Of a stretch of DNA of 64,000 bases, positions 15,986 to 25,956 are shown piece by piece. The translations under genes and the position numbers were made by a program. Location: assembly GCA_964505635.1 (NCBI GenBank), contig CAZDIP010000004.1, positions 7,198 to 71,197 on the forward strand, given 5' to 3'. The notes under the pieces were generated by a model. The model saw nothing but the letters and a program-made list of their open reading frames with translations. It had not been told where the DNA came from and did not search any database. How positions within the stretch are numbered: the first letter of the stretch is position 1; every line of letters begins with the position of its first letter. This DNA is from an uncultured Candidatus Saccharibacteria bacterium. GTDB lineage: Bacteria; Patescibacteriota; Doudnabacteria; UBA920.

Positions 15986-18900
15986 ATGAAGAAATATAAT
16001 CCACAAGAAATAGAAAAACGTTGGCAGGAGTTTTGGGAAACGAAAAAGGTTTTTCATGCAAAAGATAATTCTAAAAAGCCCAAGAAATTTATTTTGGTGG
16101 AATTTCCGTATCCCAGTGGCGCAGGACTGCACATGGGTCATTTACGGCCTTATGTAGCGGCAGATGTTTACGCCAGGTATAACCGCATGAAGGGGTTTGA
16201 AACGCTTTTTCCAATTGGCTGGGATGCTTTTGGTTTGCCCGCGGAAAATTACGCGATAAAAATGGGAGTACATCCTTCTATAACTACCAAAAAAAACGTT
16301 GCGAATGCAAAAAAGCAAATGCAGAGCTGGGGACTCAGTTTTGACTGGAGTAGGGAAGCAAACACCACTGACCCGGACTATTACAAATGGACACAGTGGT
16401 TGTTTTTACAGTTTTATAAAAAAGGTTTGGCTTTTGAATCTACCGGACTTATAAACTGGTGCCCTAAGGACAAAACCGGCCTGGCAAACGAAGAAGTTAT
16501 AGACGGCAAATGCGAACGGTGCGGAACAGCGGTAGAAAAAAAAGAATTGCGCCAATGGTATTTAAAAATTACAGAATATGCTGAAAAGTTATTAGATGGT
16601 CTTAAGTCGTTAGATAAATGGCCGGAAGCAGTAAAACTTCAGCAGGAGAATTGGATTGGAAAAAAGACCGGAACAAATATTACTTACGGGTTTGATGAAA
16701 AGCCAAATTTTTTATTGCTTCATGGCAGAGGTAGCTCTCCTGAGAAAGCATTTTTGCCGTGGATGAAATATACCTTGGAAAGACGAGGTTATTTTGTTCA
16801 GGTTCCGGCAATGCCCGGCGGAGATGAACCGAACGATTTAGAGCAAGCTGAACACGTCTTAAAAAATTGCAAAGTAGATGAAAATACAATTGTTTTAGGG
16901 CATTCGTTTGGTGGGATTGTGGCATTAAGGCTTTTGGAGAAAGGAGTAAAAGTAAAAAAAGTATTGTTGGCAGGCACTCCTTTTTTGGGCAGATTTTCAG
17001 ACGGTAAGGTCAGACAAAGCGTGGCAGATGCTATTAAACGAGGTTTTAATTTTGGCAAAATAAGAAAACACGCCCAAAGTTTTATCTCTATTTCCGATGA
17101 GAGTGATCATATTGTGCCTAATTCAGATGGAAAAAAGCTTGCCGAGAATTTAAACGGACTGTTTGTAAGTTTTAAAGCCGGCAGTCCGCATTTTAATGAC
17201 CAACAGGAAAGTGGGTTGTTAAAAATTTTAGACCCTCAAATTACCTGCTTTACCACACGCCCGGACACAAACTTTGGAGCAACGTTTGTAGTTTTGGGAC
17301 CGGAGCACCTGCTGTTAAAGGACCGCAACTTGCTAAATATAGATGAAAAACACTGGAAGGAGATTGTTAAATATCAGCAAAAAGTAAAAAATACTCCCGA
17401 AGAAGAACGCTTAAAAGAGGGTCGTAAAAAAACCGGTGTGTTTACGGGTTTGTATTTAATAAATACCCTGAATAATTATAAAATGCCTCTGTATGTTTCC
17501 GATTACGTTTTAGGCAACGTTGGTACTGGAGCTGTGGTTGGAGTGCCCGGGCACGACAAAAGGGATTTTGAGTTTGCTCAGGTTTTTAAAATTCCCATTG
17601 TAAGGGTTGTGCAAAAAGACGCCAACGACGTTGCGCCAATAGAAAAAATAGAGCAGGTTCAGGAAGAAGAAGGTACAATGGTAAATTCTGAATTTTTAAA
17701 CGGGCTAAATATTCACGAAGCGACCGAAAAAATAATGGATTACATGGAGGCTCAAGGTTATGGCAAAAGAGTTACCAATTACAAACTTCGCGATTGGGTG
17801 TTTAGCAGGCAGCGCTATTGGGGCGAGCCTATTCCTCTTATTCACTGCGAAGACTGCGGAGTGGTGCCAGTGCCGGACAAAGACTTGCCGGTGAAATTAC
17901 CAAATGTAAAAAAATACGAGCCGACCGGCACAGGCGAGTCTCCTTTGGCCGACATTAAAAATTGGGTTAAAACCAAATGCCCTAAGTGCGGCAAATTAGC
18001 CTGGAGAGAAACTAACACTATGCCTCAGTGGGCAGGTTCAAGCTGGTATTGGCTTCGGTATGCTGACTCAAAAAATAAAAAACAATTTTCATCTCTTGCT
18101 AAGCAAAAATATTGGACGCCCGTAGACGTTTATTTTGGCGGGATGGAACATACAACCTTGCATTTGCTATATAGCCGTTTTTGGAATTTATTTTTATTTG
18201 ACCAAGGTTTAGTGTCATCCCGCGAGCCATATGCTTTACGCAAGCCTCACGGAATAGTTTTGGGTCCGGATGGGGAAAAAATGTCCAAAAGTCGGGGAAA
18301 TGTAGTTGATCCGCAAAGCATAGTTAAACAATATGGGGCCGATGTTTTAAGAATGTATGAAATGTTTTTAGGTCCGCACGAAGCCATGGTGGCTTGGAAT
18401 GACAAGGGGATTGTGGGCGTCGCTAGATTTTTAGACAGAGTTTGGAATTGGGTGAATGAAATCGCGGAAGCGCCCCATAACAAAGTCACAAGTGACAAGT
18501 CACAAGTGACAAGAGATACCGAAAAGGTTGAGAGAGAGCTTAATAAACTTATAAAAAAAATTACAGTTGATATAGAAGGCTTTAGTTTTAATACCTGTAT
18601 AAGCGCATTTATGGAATTTCATAATGCGATTAAGGATGACTTTATTACACTGGAAAGCGTAAAAAAATTTTTATTGGTTTTGTATCCCTTTGCTCCACAC
18701 ATTGCCGAAGAACTTAATTTAATTTTACCCGCAGTAACCTTAAATCGTGACCGCGAAAGAAGGTTACAGTCTTTACAGTTGGAAACTTGGCCTATGTTTG
18801 ACGACTCAAAGCTTATAGAAAGTCAGGTTACGGTAGTTGTGCAAATAAACGGCAAAGTCAGGGGCAAGATTGTTGTTCCAAAAAATGCTCTGGAGCAAGA

Positions 18901-19009
18901 TGTTCAGGCTGAAGCTGTTAAACTGGAAGTAGTAAAACAGGCTTTGGTGAACGAGAGCATAAAACGCACAATTTATATTAAAGACAGACTCATCAATTTG
19001 GTAATTTAA
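15986..19009 (+). CDS. leuS: Leucyl-tRNA synthetase with an inserted alpha/beta-hydrolase-like domain (residues ~239-417) upstream of the CP1 TTRPDT motif
   Basis: HMGH (PYPSGAGLHMGH), zinc-binding knuckle, ENWIG, TTRPDT, GTGAVVGVPGHD, KMSKS (GEKMSKSRGN), C-terminal tRNA-binding domain; 1007 aa. Insert has HG oxyanion-like LLLHGRG, nucleophile elbow GHSFGG, and downstream D...H. Confidence 0.9.
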   Translation: MKKYNPQEIEKRWQEFWETKKVFHAKDNSKKPKKFILVEFPYPSGAGLHMGHLRPYVAADVYARYNRMKGFETLFPIGWDAFGLPAENYAIKMGVHPSITTKKNVANAKKQMQSWGLSFDWSREANTTDPDYYKWTQWLFLQFYKKGLAFESTGLINWCPKDKTGLANEEVIDGKCERCGTAVEKKELRQWYLKITEYAEKLLDGLKSLDKWPEAVKLQQENWIGKKTGTNITYGFDEKPNFLLLHGRGSSPEKAFLPWMKYTLERRGYFVQVPAMPGGDEPNDLEQAEHVLKNCKVDENTIVLGHSFGGIVALRLLEKGVKVKKVLLAGTPFLGRFSDGKVRQSVADAIKRGFNFGKIRKHAQSFISISDESDHIVPNSDGKKLAENLNGLFVSFKAGSPHFNDQQESGLLKILDPQITCFTTRPDTNFGATFVVLGPEHLLLKDRNLLNIDEKHWKEIVKYQQKVKNTPEEERLKEGRKKTGVFTGLYLINTLNNYKMPLYVSDYVLGNVGTGAVVGVPGHDKRDFEFAQVFKIPIVRVVQKDANDVAPIEKIEQVQEEEGTMVNSEFLNGLNIHEATEKIMDYMEAQGYGKRVTNYKLRDWVFSRQRYWGEPIPLIHCEDCGVVPVPDKDLPVKLPNVKKYEPTGTGESPLADIKNWVKTKCPKCGKLAWRETNTMPQWAGSSWYWLRYADSKNKKQFSSLAKQKYWTPVDVYFGGMEHTTLHLLYSRFWNLFLFDQGLVSSREPYALRKPHGIVLGPDGEKMSKSRGNVVDPQSIVKQYGADVLRMYEMFLGPHEAMVAWNDKGIVGVARFLDRVWNWVNEIAEAPHNKVTSDKSQVTRDTEKVERELNKLIKKITVDIEGFSFNTCISAFMEFHNAIKDDFITLESVKKFLLVLYPFAPHIAEELNLILPAVTLNRDRERRLQSLQLETWPMFDDSKLIESQVTVVVQINGKVRGKIVVPKNALEQDVQAEAVKLEVVKQALVNESIKRTIYIKDRLINLVI

Positions 19010-19669
19010 ATGTTAGTTTTAAGTTATAATAAACATAGCCATCAGCAAATAATAGCATTATGCGTGAAAGCTTTGAAAGCGGGAAAAGCCGTGGTATACC
19101 CAACCGACACCTCTTATGGTTTAGCTGTTGATGCAACAAATGAGAAAGCTATAAAAAAGCTTTATTCTATTAAAGAAAGGGGTTTTAAAAAACCCGTCCA
19201 TGTTATTATCCCCTCAAAAAATTTTGGTAAGAAATTGGTCAAATGGGGTAAAATGGCGGAAAAACTCTCAGAAAAATTTTGGCCAGGCGCTTTAACTTTA
19301 GTTTTACCCATCTTGTCTAAAAATAAAACACTGAAAAGAATATGCGGTGGTACTAAGTATTTAGGACTCAGGTATCCAAATAATAAAGTCGCTTTAGAAT
19401 TAAGTAGTTTACTAAAAAAACCGATTACGGCTACAAGCGCTAATCCCTCCCAGCATTTGTCGGGTGGATTTGATAGCTATTCAGCCGCGGACGTGATTAA
19501 ACAGTTTGTAGAACAAAAATTTAAACCGGATATAATTATTGATGCCGGGAAATTAAAGAAAAGGAAACCTTCTACATTGGTTAAAATTACGGAAAATAAC
19601 ATTGAAATTTTAAGGCAAGGGCCGGTTTCAAAAGCAGCAATAAAAAAAGTTTTAAAAATTAAAAAATAA
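19010..19669 (+). CDS. tsaC: L-threonylcarbamoyladenylate synthase (YrdC/Sua5 family)
   Basis: YrdC fold motifs KAVVYPTDTSYGLAVDA...KPVHVII...WPGALTLVL...SAN. Confidence 0.8.
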   Translation: MLVLSYNKHSHQQIIALCVKALKAGKAVVYPTDTSYGLAVDATNEKAIKKLYSIKERGFKKPVHVIIPSKNFGKKLVKWGKMAEKLSEKFWPGALTLVLPILSKNKTLKRICGGTKYLGLRYPNNKVALELSSLLKKPITATSANPSQHLSGGFDSYSAADVIKQFVEQKFKPDIIIDAGKLKKRKPSTLVKITENNIEILRQGPVSKAAIKKVLKIKK

Positions 19670-19673
19670 AATA

Positions 19674-20822
19674 GTGCTTCTTAATTTTCATTTACCTAGT
19701 TATTTTTCCAGAAATGTCCGCAGGGAAATAAGCGAGCTTTATGCCCACTCAGCTATTGTTAATATGGCAAGCTCAATGATGCTTTTGTTTGAGCCCATTT
19801 TTTTGTATGCGGTTTTGGGTTTTTCCGTCAATCAGGTTTTGTTGTTTACCGCTATAGTTTACGCTGTTTATATTGTCTGTATTCCGTGGGGTGGCAAGAT
19901 GGCAAGCATGTACGGGTACAAACACGCAATTGCCATGTCTGTACCTTTTCAAATTATTTATTGGGCAATGCTTATAGCTTCCCAGCAGAATGCTTCTTTG
20001 GCATTTGCGGCCGGGATTTTTTATGGCCTTTCTAAAAGTCTTTATTGGCCGGGTTTCCATTCGCTTATGGCTCGTTACGCTGACCAAGGCCAGGTGGGAA
20101 GGGAATTTAGCGTAGTTTACGCTCTTATTAGTATTACTCATATAGTAGGTCCTTTTTTTGCCGGGTGGATTTCGCAACATTACGGATTTACCGCATCTTT
20201 TTTAACCGTTTCCATTTTACAAGGCGCAAGCTTATTGCCTTTGTTTAAAGCCAAGGAAATTTTTATACCGAAAGTATACAAATACAGCCAGACTTTGGAG
20301 TTGTATAGAACTTATCCCAGGAAATTTTTTGGCTATTTGGGTTTTGGGGAAGAGATGTTGGTTTTAAACATCTGGCCCGTGTTTATTTATATTGTTGTAA
20401 GGAACTATCAAGAAGCCGGGCTTTTGGCTACGGGCGCGAGTCTTTTAGCCGCTTTGCTTGCTTTAATTGTTGGTAAGGTGACTGACCAGTATTCCAAGAG
20501 AATTTTAATTAAGCTCGGAGCGTTTTTTACTTCTTTAGTATGGGCATTCCGGTATCTGGCCACCAGCGCTTCCAGCGTATTTGCCGTAGACGCTTTTTCC
20601 AGAACCAGCAAAGAAATGGCTTTTATACCCATTTCTACGGTAACGTATATACGGGCGGAAAATACCCACGTAGTGCCTTATGTGGTATTTTTTGAGCAGT
20701 CCCTAGCTATAGGAAAGCTTATTGCCTGCATTTTGGGGATCGCGGTTTTTGCGTTAACAGGTAGTTTTGTGGCACTATTTATATTAGGCGCGCTATTTAG
20801 TTTATTGTATATGCTTATATGA
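19674..20822 (+). CDS. Polytopic membrane protein, MFS-like transporter (382 aa)
   Basis: About 10-12 hydrophobic helices throughout; no catalytic motifs. Confidence 0.5.
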   Translation: MLLNFHLPSYFSRNVRREISELYAHSAIVNMASSMMLLFEPIFLYAVLGFSVNQVLLFTAIVYAVYIVCIPWGGKMASMYGYKHAIAMSVPFQIIYWAMLIASQQNASLAFAAGIFYGLSKSLYWPGFHSLMARYADQGQVGREFSVVYALISITHIVGPFFAGWISQHYGFTASFLTVSILQGASLLPLFKAKEIFIPKVYKYSQTLELYRTYPRKFFGYLGFGEEMLVLNIWPVFIYIVVRNYQEAGLLATGASLLAALLALIVGKVTDQYSKRILIKLGAFFTSLVWAFRYLATSASSVFAVDAFSRTSKEMAFIPISTVTYIRAENTHVVPYVVFFEQSLAIGKLIACILGIAVFALTGSFVALFILGALFSLLYMLI

Positions 20823-21478
20823 GAAAAAATTCGGAAACAAATATTTATAGGAAAGACTTGGCTCACGCAATCCATAATTCAAGAGTTGATGACGCGGAAA
20901 AAGCGTATAGGTTGTCCAGAACAAAAACAGGTTATGAATTTGGGTTGGAACTAGACGATTCCTTATACGATTACATTTCCAATTTATCTTCAAAAAAAAT
21001 ATTAGATATTGGAATTGGTTCGGGAAAAGCCTTGAGTGATTTTTGCAAGGATGCCAAATTAAGGGATAAGGGGTTTGTTTTTGAGGGAACTTACTTGACC
21101 AGAAAAGTATTAAGGGATGAAATTAGGTCGGGTGTTAAATTGTATCAAACACCTGTAGAAAGATTAAAAGGAGTGCCGGAAAGTTCATATGGTGCAGTCT
21201 TAGCTTATTTATCGGTAGCATATTCTCGGTTTCCTGATTCTGCAGTGGAAAGTATTGATCGAGTGTTGGTTTCAGGAGGTATTTTTGTCGGTAAGTTTAG
21301 TTATGTTAATCATAAATCTGTTCGATCAAAAGGATCACAAACTGAATTTTTCGCGCCACATTTTAAAAAGAGGGGTTACGTAGTTTTAGAAAAGTACGGT
21401 TATCTGCTTAAGGCAGTAAAGCCACCATTTAATGCAGAAGAAGTAAGAAAAATCTTACCTTTATATTCAATAGGATAA
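20819..21478 (+). CDS. Class I SAM-dependent methyltransferase-like protein (219 aa)
   Basis: Motif I ILDIGIGSGKA; IDRVLVSGGIFVGKF; same length and layout as the 13430..14089 product. Confidence 0.5.
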   Translation: MRKNSETNIYRKDLAHAIHNSRVDDAEKAYRLSRTKTGYEFGLELDDSLYDYISNLSSKKILDIGIGSGKALSDFCKDAKLRDKGFVFEGTYLTRKVLRDEIRSGVKLYQTPVERLKGVPESSYGAVLAYLSVAYSRFPDSAVESIDRVLVSGGIFVGKFSYVNHKSVRSKGSQTEFFAPHFKKRGYVVLEKYGYLLKAVKPPFNAEEVRKILPLYSIG

Positions 21479-21536
21479 GTTTTAATCTTTTTAATATTTA
21501 TTTATACCCGGTCAGCCGGGATTATAAGGAAAAACG

Positions 21537-22877
21537 ATGAGTTACCTTAATATTGAAAATCAAGACCCAAAACTGTATCAAATTATTAAGAACGAAGAGC
21601 AGAGGCAGAAGGAAGGCCTCGAGCTTATTCCTTCTGAAAATTATACATCCGCGGCAGTTATGGAGAGCATGGGAAGCATACTGACCAACAAGTATTCGGA
21701 AGGTTACGCGAAAAAACGCTATTATGGGGGAAATGAATTTATTGACCAGGCAGAATTAATTGCCATAGAAAGGGCAAAAAAACTTTTTGGCGCAGCTTCC
21801 GCGAACGTTCAGCCTTATAGCGGAAGTCCGGCTAATTTAGCCGTTTATATGGCAACTTGCCAGCCGGGCGACACGGTTTTAGGTTTGTCTCTTCCAGAAG
21901 GCGGGCATTTGACCCATGGCTGGAAAGTTTCCGCGACCGGAATTTTTTATAAAACTTTTGGCTACCATGTTAAGGCAGACGGCCGGGTTGATTTTGATGA
22001 AGTATGGGCTTTGGCCAAAGAACATAAGCCAAAGCTTATTTGGTGCGGCTGCACAGCTTACGTTTATGAAGTTGAATATGAAAAATTCGCCGAAATAGCC
22101 GACAGTGTCGGCGCATATTTGGCAGCTGACATAGCCCACGTTTCCGGGCTCATAGCTGCCGGAGCGCATAAAAGCCCGTTTGATTACGCTCATATAGTTT
22201 CTACTACAACCCATAAAACTTTGCGCGGGCCTCGGGGCGGCATAATTATGACAACAAAAAAGGGTTTAGAAAAAGACACTGAACTGGCCGACAAAATAGA
22301 TAAAGCGGTTTTTCCTGGGCTTCAAGGCGGACCGCACGACCACCAGACTGCGGCAATTGCCATAGCTTTAAAAGAAGCATCTTTGCCCGAATTTAAAGCC
22401 TACGGCCATCAAATCGTAAAAAACGCAAAAGCTTTAGCCGAGTCCTTAAAAAAGAATGACATGAGGTTGGTTGGGGACGGTACGGAAAATCATTTGTTGT
22501 TATTGGACTTAGTTCCCGTGTTTGGTCCGAGCGGGGGAGTTTTTGGAAGTGAGGTTTTAGAAGCGGCAGGTATGACAGTAAATAAAAATACCATTCCAAA
22601 AGACCCGGGCTCGCCTTTTTATCCCAGCGGTGTGCGTTTAGGGACACCGGCTGTTACAACCAGAGGAATGAAGGAGTTAGAAATGGAAAAAATCGGAGAA
22701 TGGATTGCCAAAGCAATTAATTCTGTTAAGCAATATAAATTACCCGAAGCCAAAGAGCAAAAAACCGCTTACATTTCTAAATTTAAGGAAGAGTTAAAAC
22801 AGAATCAGGAAATACAAAATATTCGCGAAGAAGTGAAAAATCTTTGCAAAAAATTTCCTGTTCCCGGGATTGAATAA
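21537..22877 (+). CDS. glyA: Serine hydroxymethyltransferase
   Basis: ELIPSENYTSAAV...YSEGY...YYGG, PLP-lysine region TTTHKTLRGPRGG; 446 aa. Confidence 0.95.
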   Translation: MSYLNIENQDPKLYQIIKNEEQRQKEGLELIPSENYTSAAVMESMGSILTNKYSEGYAKKRYYGGNEFIDQAELIAIERAKKLFGAASANVQPYSGSPANLAVYMATCQPGDTVLGLSLPEGGHLTHGWKVSATGIFYKTFGYHVKADGRVDFDEVWALAKEHKPKLIWCGCTAYVYEVEYEKFAEIADSVGAYLAADIAHVSGLIAAGAHKSPFDYAHIVSTTTHKTLRGPRGGIIMTTKKGLEKDTELADKIDKAVFPGLQGGPHDHQTAAIAIALKEASLPEFKAYGHQIVKNAKALAESLKKNDMRLVGDGTENHLLLLDLVPVFGPSGGVFGSEVLEAAGMTVNKNTIPKDPGSPFYPSGVRLGTPAVTTRGMKELEMEKIGEWIAKAINSVKQYKLPEAKEQKTAYISKFKEELKQNQEIQNIREEVKNLCKKFPVPGIE

Positions 22878-23393
22878 ATGCATAAAATTTTAAAATTGGA
22901 TTATGAATTGTTCAAAGTTTTAAACGGTTTTTCCGGACGTTCAGTTTCTTTAGACAAGGTAATTTTATTTTTTTCCCACCAGGCGGCTTACATTATGGTT
23001 TTTTTGGCTGCTTGTTACGGAATTTATTTTTGGCGGGATGCGGGGGTAAAATATGCTTTGGCGGGCAGTGTTGGGACCTATATTGTTTCCAGGCTGGTTT
23101 TGGAAGTTTGCCGGTTTGCTTTTTACAGGCAGCGTCCTTTTTTAGCCCACCATGTTGTTGAATTGTTTGACAAGCGGCCGGAAAATTCTTTTCCTTCCGG
23201 CCATACTTCCGGCATGGCCTCTATTGGTTTTTGGATTTATGCTATAAGTCCGGAAATCGGATTGTCGTTAATCTTTTTTTCTTTACTGGTCGGTTTTGCG
23301 AGGGTCATGGCCGGCGTGCATTATCCGGGAGACATTTTGGGCGGCTTTCTTTTTGGCATCTTTGCGGGAGTTTTAGCTAAGCAGCTTTTTTAG
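22878..23393 (+). CDS. PAP2 superfamily phosphatase (membrane)
   Basis: PAP2 signature motifs PSGH (SFPSGHTSG) and SRxxxxxHxxxD-like ARVMAGVHYPGD. Confidence 0.75.
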   Translation: MHKILKLDYELFKVLNGFSGRSVSLDKVILFFSHQAAYIMVFLAACYGIYFWRDAGVKYALAGSVGTYIVSRLVLEVCRFAFYRQRPFLAHHVVELFDKRPENSFPSGHTSGMASIGFWIYAISPEIGLSLIFFSLLVGFARVMAGVHYPGDILGGFLFGIFAGVLAKQLF

Positions 23394-23396
23394 CAT

Positions 23397-24203
23397 ATGG
23401 AAATATTACAGGCTATAATTTTGGGTTTTGTCCAGGGAGTTGGTGAATTTTTACCAATTTCTTCTTCTGGCCATTTAATTATTACCCACTGGCTCTTTAA
23501 AAAAGATTTGGGTTTAGGTTTTGATGTGGCCTTGCATTGGGGTACGCTTTTAGCAGTGCTGATTTATTTTAAAAATGAGGTCTGGCTTATGGTTAAGGGT
23601 GTTTGGCATAGCCTATTTAAATCCACGCGCGATATTGAAAATAATATTTACCAAAAACTGCCGTGGCTTATTTTAGTAGCCACTGTGCCCGCTGCTGTTA
23701 TAGGAAAATTTTTTGAAAGCAGGGCCCAGACCAGCTTCAGGGATCCTTTGCTGGTGGCCTTGAACTTGGCGGTTTTCGGTCTGGTGATTTATTTTGCCGA
23801 CAGGTTCGGAAAAAAGCAGAAAAATTTAGACAGGATTTTATTTTGGGATGCTTTGTTAATAGGCTTTGCCCAGGCTTTAGCTATTTTACCGGGTGTATCC
23901 CGCAGTGGCGCTACTATGGCCGCTGCTTTGCTTTTAAGCTTTAAGCGTCCCGACGCGGCAAGGTTTTCTTTTTTGATGTCCGCGCCTATAATCTTGGGAG
24001 CCGGCATTTTAGAATCCCCAAGTTTTTTTGCCAGTGGAAATTTTAGCCAAATTATTTTCGGCTTTTTCAGCGCCGGTTTATTCGGTTTTTTAGCCATCAA
24101 GTATTTATTAAAGTTTTTGTCAGCCCATGATTTTAAAATATTTGTTTGGTATAGGTTTTTGGTCGCGGCATTGATTTTGCTTTTATATTTTGCTAAAATC
24201 TAA
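23397..24203 (+). CDS. uppP: Undecaprenyl-diphosphatase
   Basis: BacA/UppP N-terminus ILGFVQGVGEFLPISSSGHLII and PGVSRSGATM motif; 268 aa membrane protein. Confidence 0.9.
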   Translation: MEILQAIILGFVQGVGEFLPISSSGHLIITHWLFKKDLGLGFDVALHWGTLLAVLIYFKNEVWLMVKGVWHSLFKSTRDIENNIYQKLPWLILVATVPAAVIGKFFESRAQTSFRDPLLVALNLAVFGLVIYFADRFGKKQKNLDRILFWDALLIGFAQALAILPGVSRSGATMAAALLLSFKRPDAARFSFLMSAPIILGAGILESPSFFASGNFSQIIFGFFSAGLFGFLAIKYLLKFLSAHDFKIFVWYRFLVAALILLLYFAKI

Positions 24204-24282
24204 TTTAGTTTAAGCTGTATATTTATTTTCCGTAAATGGCGGGTGGGTGGCAAAATTGGCAAATTCACCCTGCACAAATGAA

Positions 24283-24367
24283 GCCGCTGTGGTGGAATTG
24301 GCAGACACGCACGACTCAAAATCGTGTGCCTAACGGCATGTCGGTTCGACTCCGACCAGCGGCACCA
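24283..24367 (+). tRNA. tRNA-Leu (anticodon CAA), long variable arm, CCA encoded
   Basis: Acceptor gccgctg/cagcggc, D-loop ggaattggcaga, anticodon stem cacga/tcgtg with loop cuCAAaa, variable arm, T-arm gtcgg-ttcgact-ccgac, A73, CCA; 85 nt. Confidence 0.9.
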
Positions 24368-24515
24368 TTTGTGCAGGGCGCGAAAGCCCCATGCTTTAGT
24401 CCCATTAAGGGATTTCAGCGGACAGGTAAAATCATTCGCTTGAGGCCTGAGGGTTGTGCTCCCTCCTCGGCCGCCATTTGCGAGGAATATTTGGGTAATA
24501 ATTTAAATAAAATTT

Positions 24516-25541
24516 ATGGATTCTATTGTCAGTCCGCAGTCAAATATAACCATTCAGTCTTTGGATGATTTGCAAAGTCCCATATCTCAGAAAAACCAGA
24601 CTCCTGTCCCGTCAAACGCTCAAACAGTTGCCATAAGCCAGGATGTAAATTATGAGGCGCCTTCTTTGGTCGGCGAGCAAGTTCCTCAGCCCGCGCCGGT
24701 TCTAGAAAATCCGGACAGGGTTTCTTACGCCGACGCGCAAATTCAGGAAATAGAAGTTTCTAAAATTCAGCCCAATCCTTTCCAGCCCAGAAAGGTTTTT
24801 GAGCCTAACGCCTTAAAAGAATTAGCCGACTCCATAAAAGAGCATGGGGTAATTCAGCCTTTGGTAGTTATTAAAACCGAGCTTGGCTATGAAATTGTGG
24901 TCGGGGAAAGGCGTTTTCGGGCTTCTCAGTTAGCCGGAATGGAAAAAGTGCCGGCAATTGTTAAAGACAGCATGGTTGACCAGACCAAGCTAGAGGTGGC
25001 ATTAATAGAAAACATACAGCGCAAAGAGCTAAACCCCATAGAAGAGGCCATGGCTTACGACCGGCTTATGAAGACTTTTCATATGACTCAGGAAGAAGTG
25101 GCTAAAAAAGTCGGTAAAAGCCGTCCGGCAGTGGCTAACACGGTCAGGTTGTTGAATTTGCCTGCGGAAATCCAGCGCGCGGTCATAGAGGGAAAAATTA
25201 TGGAAGGCCATGCCAGGGCGGTTTTAGGGCTCGGGGATACAGAAAAAATGATAGCTTTATACAAGCAGGTGGTGGAAAATGGTTGGAACGTGCGGCAGGT
25301 GGAGCAAAAGGTGAGGGAGTTTACCTTAAAAAAACAAATGGATGCGGCCATGCCGGATCCAAAACTAATGGCTTTGGAAACCGAATTAAGGGTTAAGCTG
25401 GGTACGCAGGTAAAAATTCAAAAGCAGGGGCAAAGCGGCAAAATAACAATAGAATTTTTTAGTGAAGAAGAGTTAAATGACATTGTGAATAAAATGGCCA
25501 GTCAGCAAAATTCTGGCGGCGAAGGTTACTTAACAGTTTGA
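24516..25541 (+). CDS. parB: ParB/Spo0J family chromosome partitioning protein
   Basis: ParB box GERRFRA, HTH region, N-terminal low-complexity extension; 341 aa. Confidence 0.88.
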   Translation: MDSIVSPQSNITIQSLDDLQSPISQKNQTPVPSNAQTVAISQDVNYEAPSLVGEQVPQPAPVLENPDRVSYADAQIQEIEVSKIQPNPFQPRKVFEPNALKELADSIKEHGVIQPLVVIKTELGYEIVVGERRFRASQLAGMEKVPAIVKDSMVDQTKLEVALIENIQRKELNPIEEAMAYDRLMKTFHMTQEEVAKKVGKSRPAVANTVRLLNLPAEIQRAVIEGKIMEGHARAVLGLGDTEKMIALYKQVVENGWNVRQVEQKVREFTLKKQMDAAMPDPKLMALETELRVKLGTQVKIQKQGQSGKITIEFFSEEELNDIVNKMASQQNSGGEGYLTV

Positions 25542-25693
25542 CATATTTCATTTTTTATTTTATAATTTTTTTAATGCGAAGAAAAACTAACAACCAAATT
25601 AATTTCCTACTTAAGGTTTTGGTTAAGCCCGTGCTTTTTACACGCGCAAAGCGGCAGTTTGGTAATTAGTAAGAATGCAAAAGAATTCAAACC

Positions 25694-25720
25694 AAACCCG
25701 CCGTAAGAAGCGGGTTTTTT
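25694..25720 (+). terminator. Rho-independent terminator after parB (aacccgc-cgtaagaa-gcgggtt + TTTTTT)
   Basis: 7-bp stem plus T-run. Confidence 0.7.
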
Positions 25721-25956
25721 AAGGGGTTAGTGCTTGCGGAAATGTAAAAAAGTTTATTTTATATTTTCGCAAGCGCAAGCTTGCAAGGTATGGGTGGTCG
25801 GTTGAGCCCGCGCAGGTTCCCGATAAGAAAATTTCGTTTTCCGAACTCTCCTTTCAGTCGGTCGGTTGTATCATGACCGGGAAACAAGATTTTGAAAACC
25901 ACCCAAAAAGTTTTAGGTCTGCCATGCGGCAGACCATCCACGCAGAGGAGAAAAAG

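Noticed and set aside
16700-17236. Intein as an explanation for the LeuRS insert
   Set aside because: There is no Cys/Ser at the +1 position, no terminal His-Asn, and no block motifs. The sequence instead shows an alpha/beta-hydrolase nucleophile elbow (GHSFGG).
24236-24568. 110-aa plus-strand ORF spanning tRNA-Leu
   Set aside because: It overlaps a well-formed tRNA and the parB start; the tRNA explains the region.
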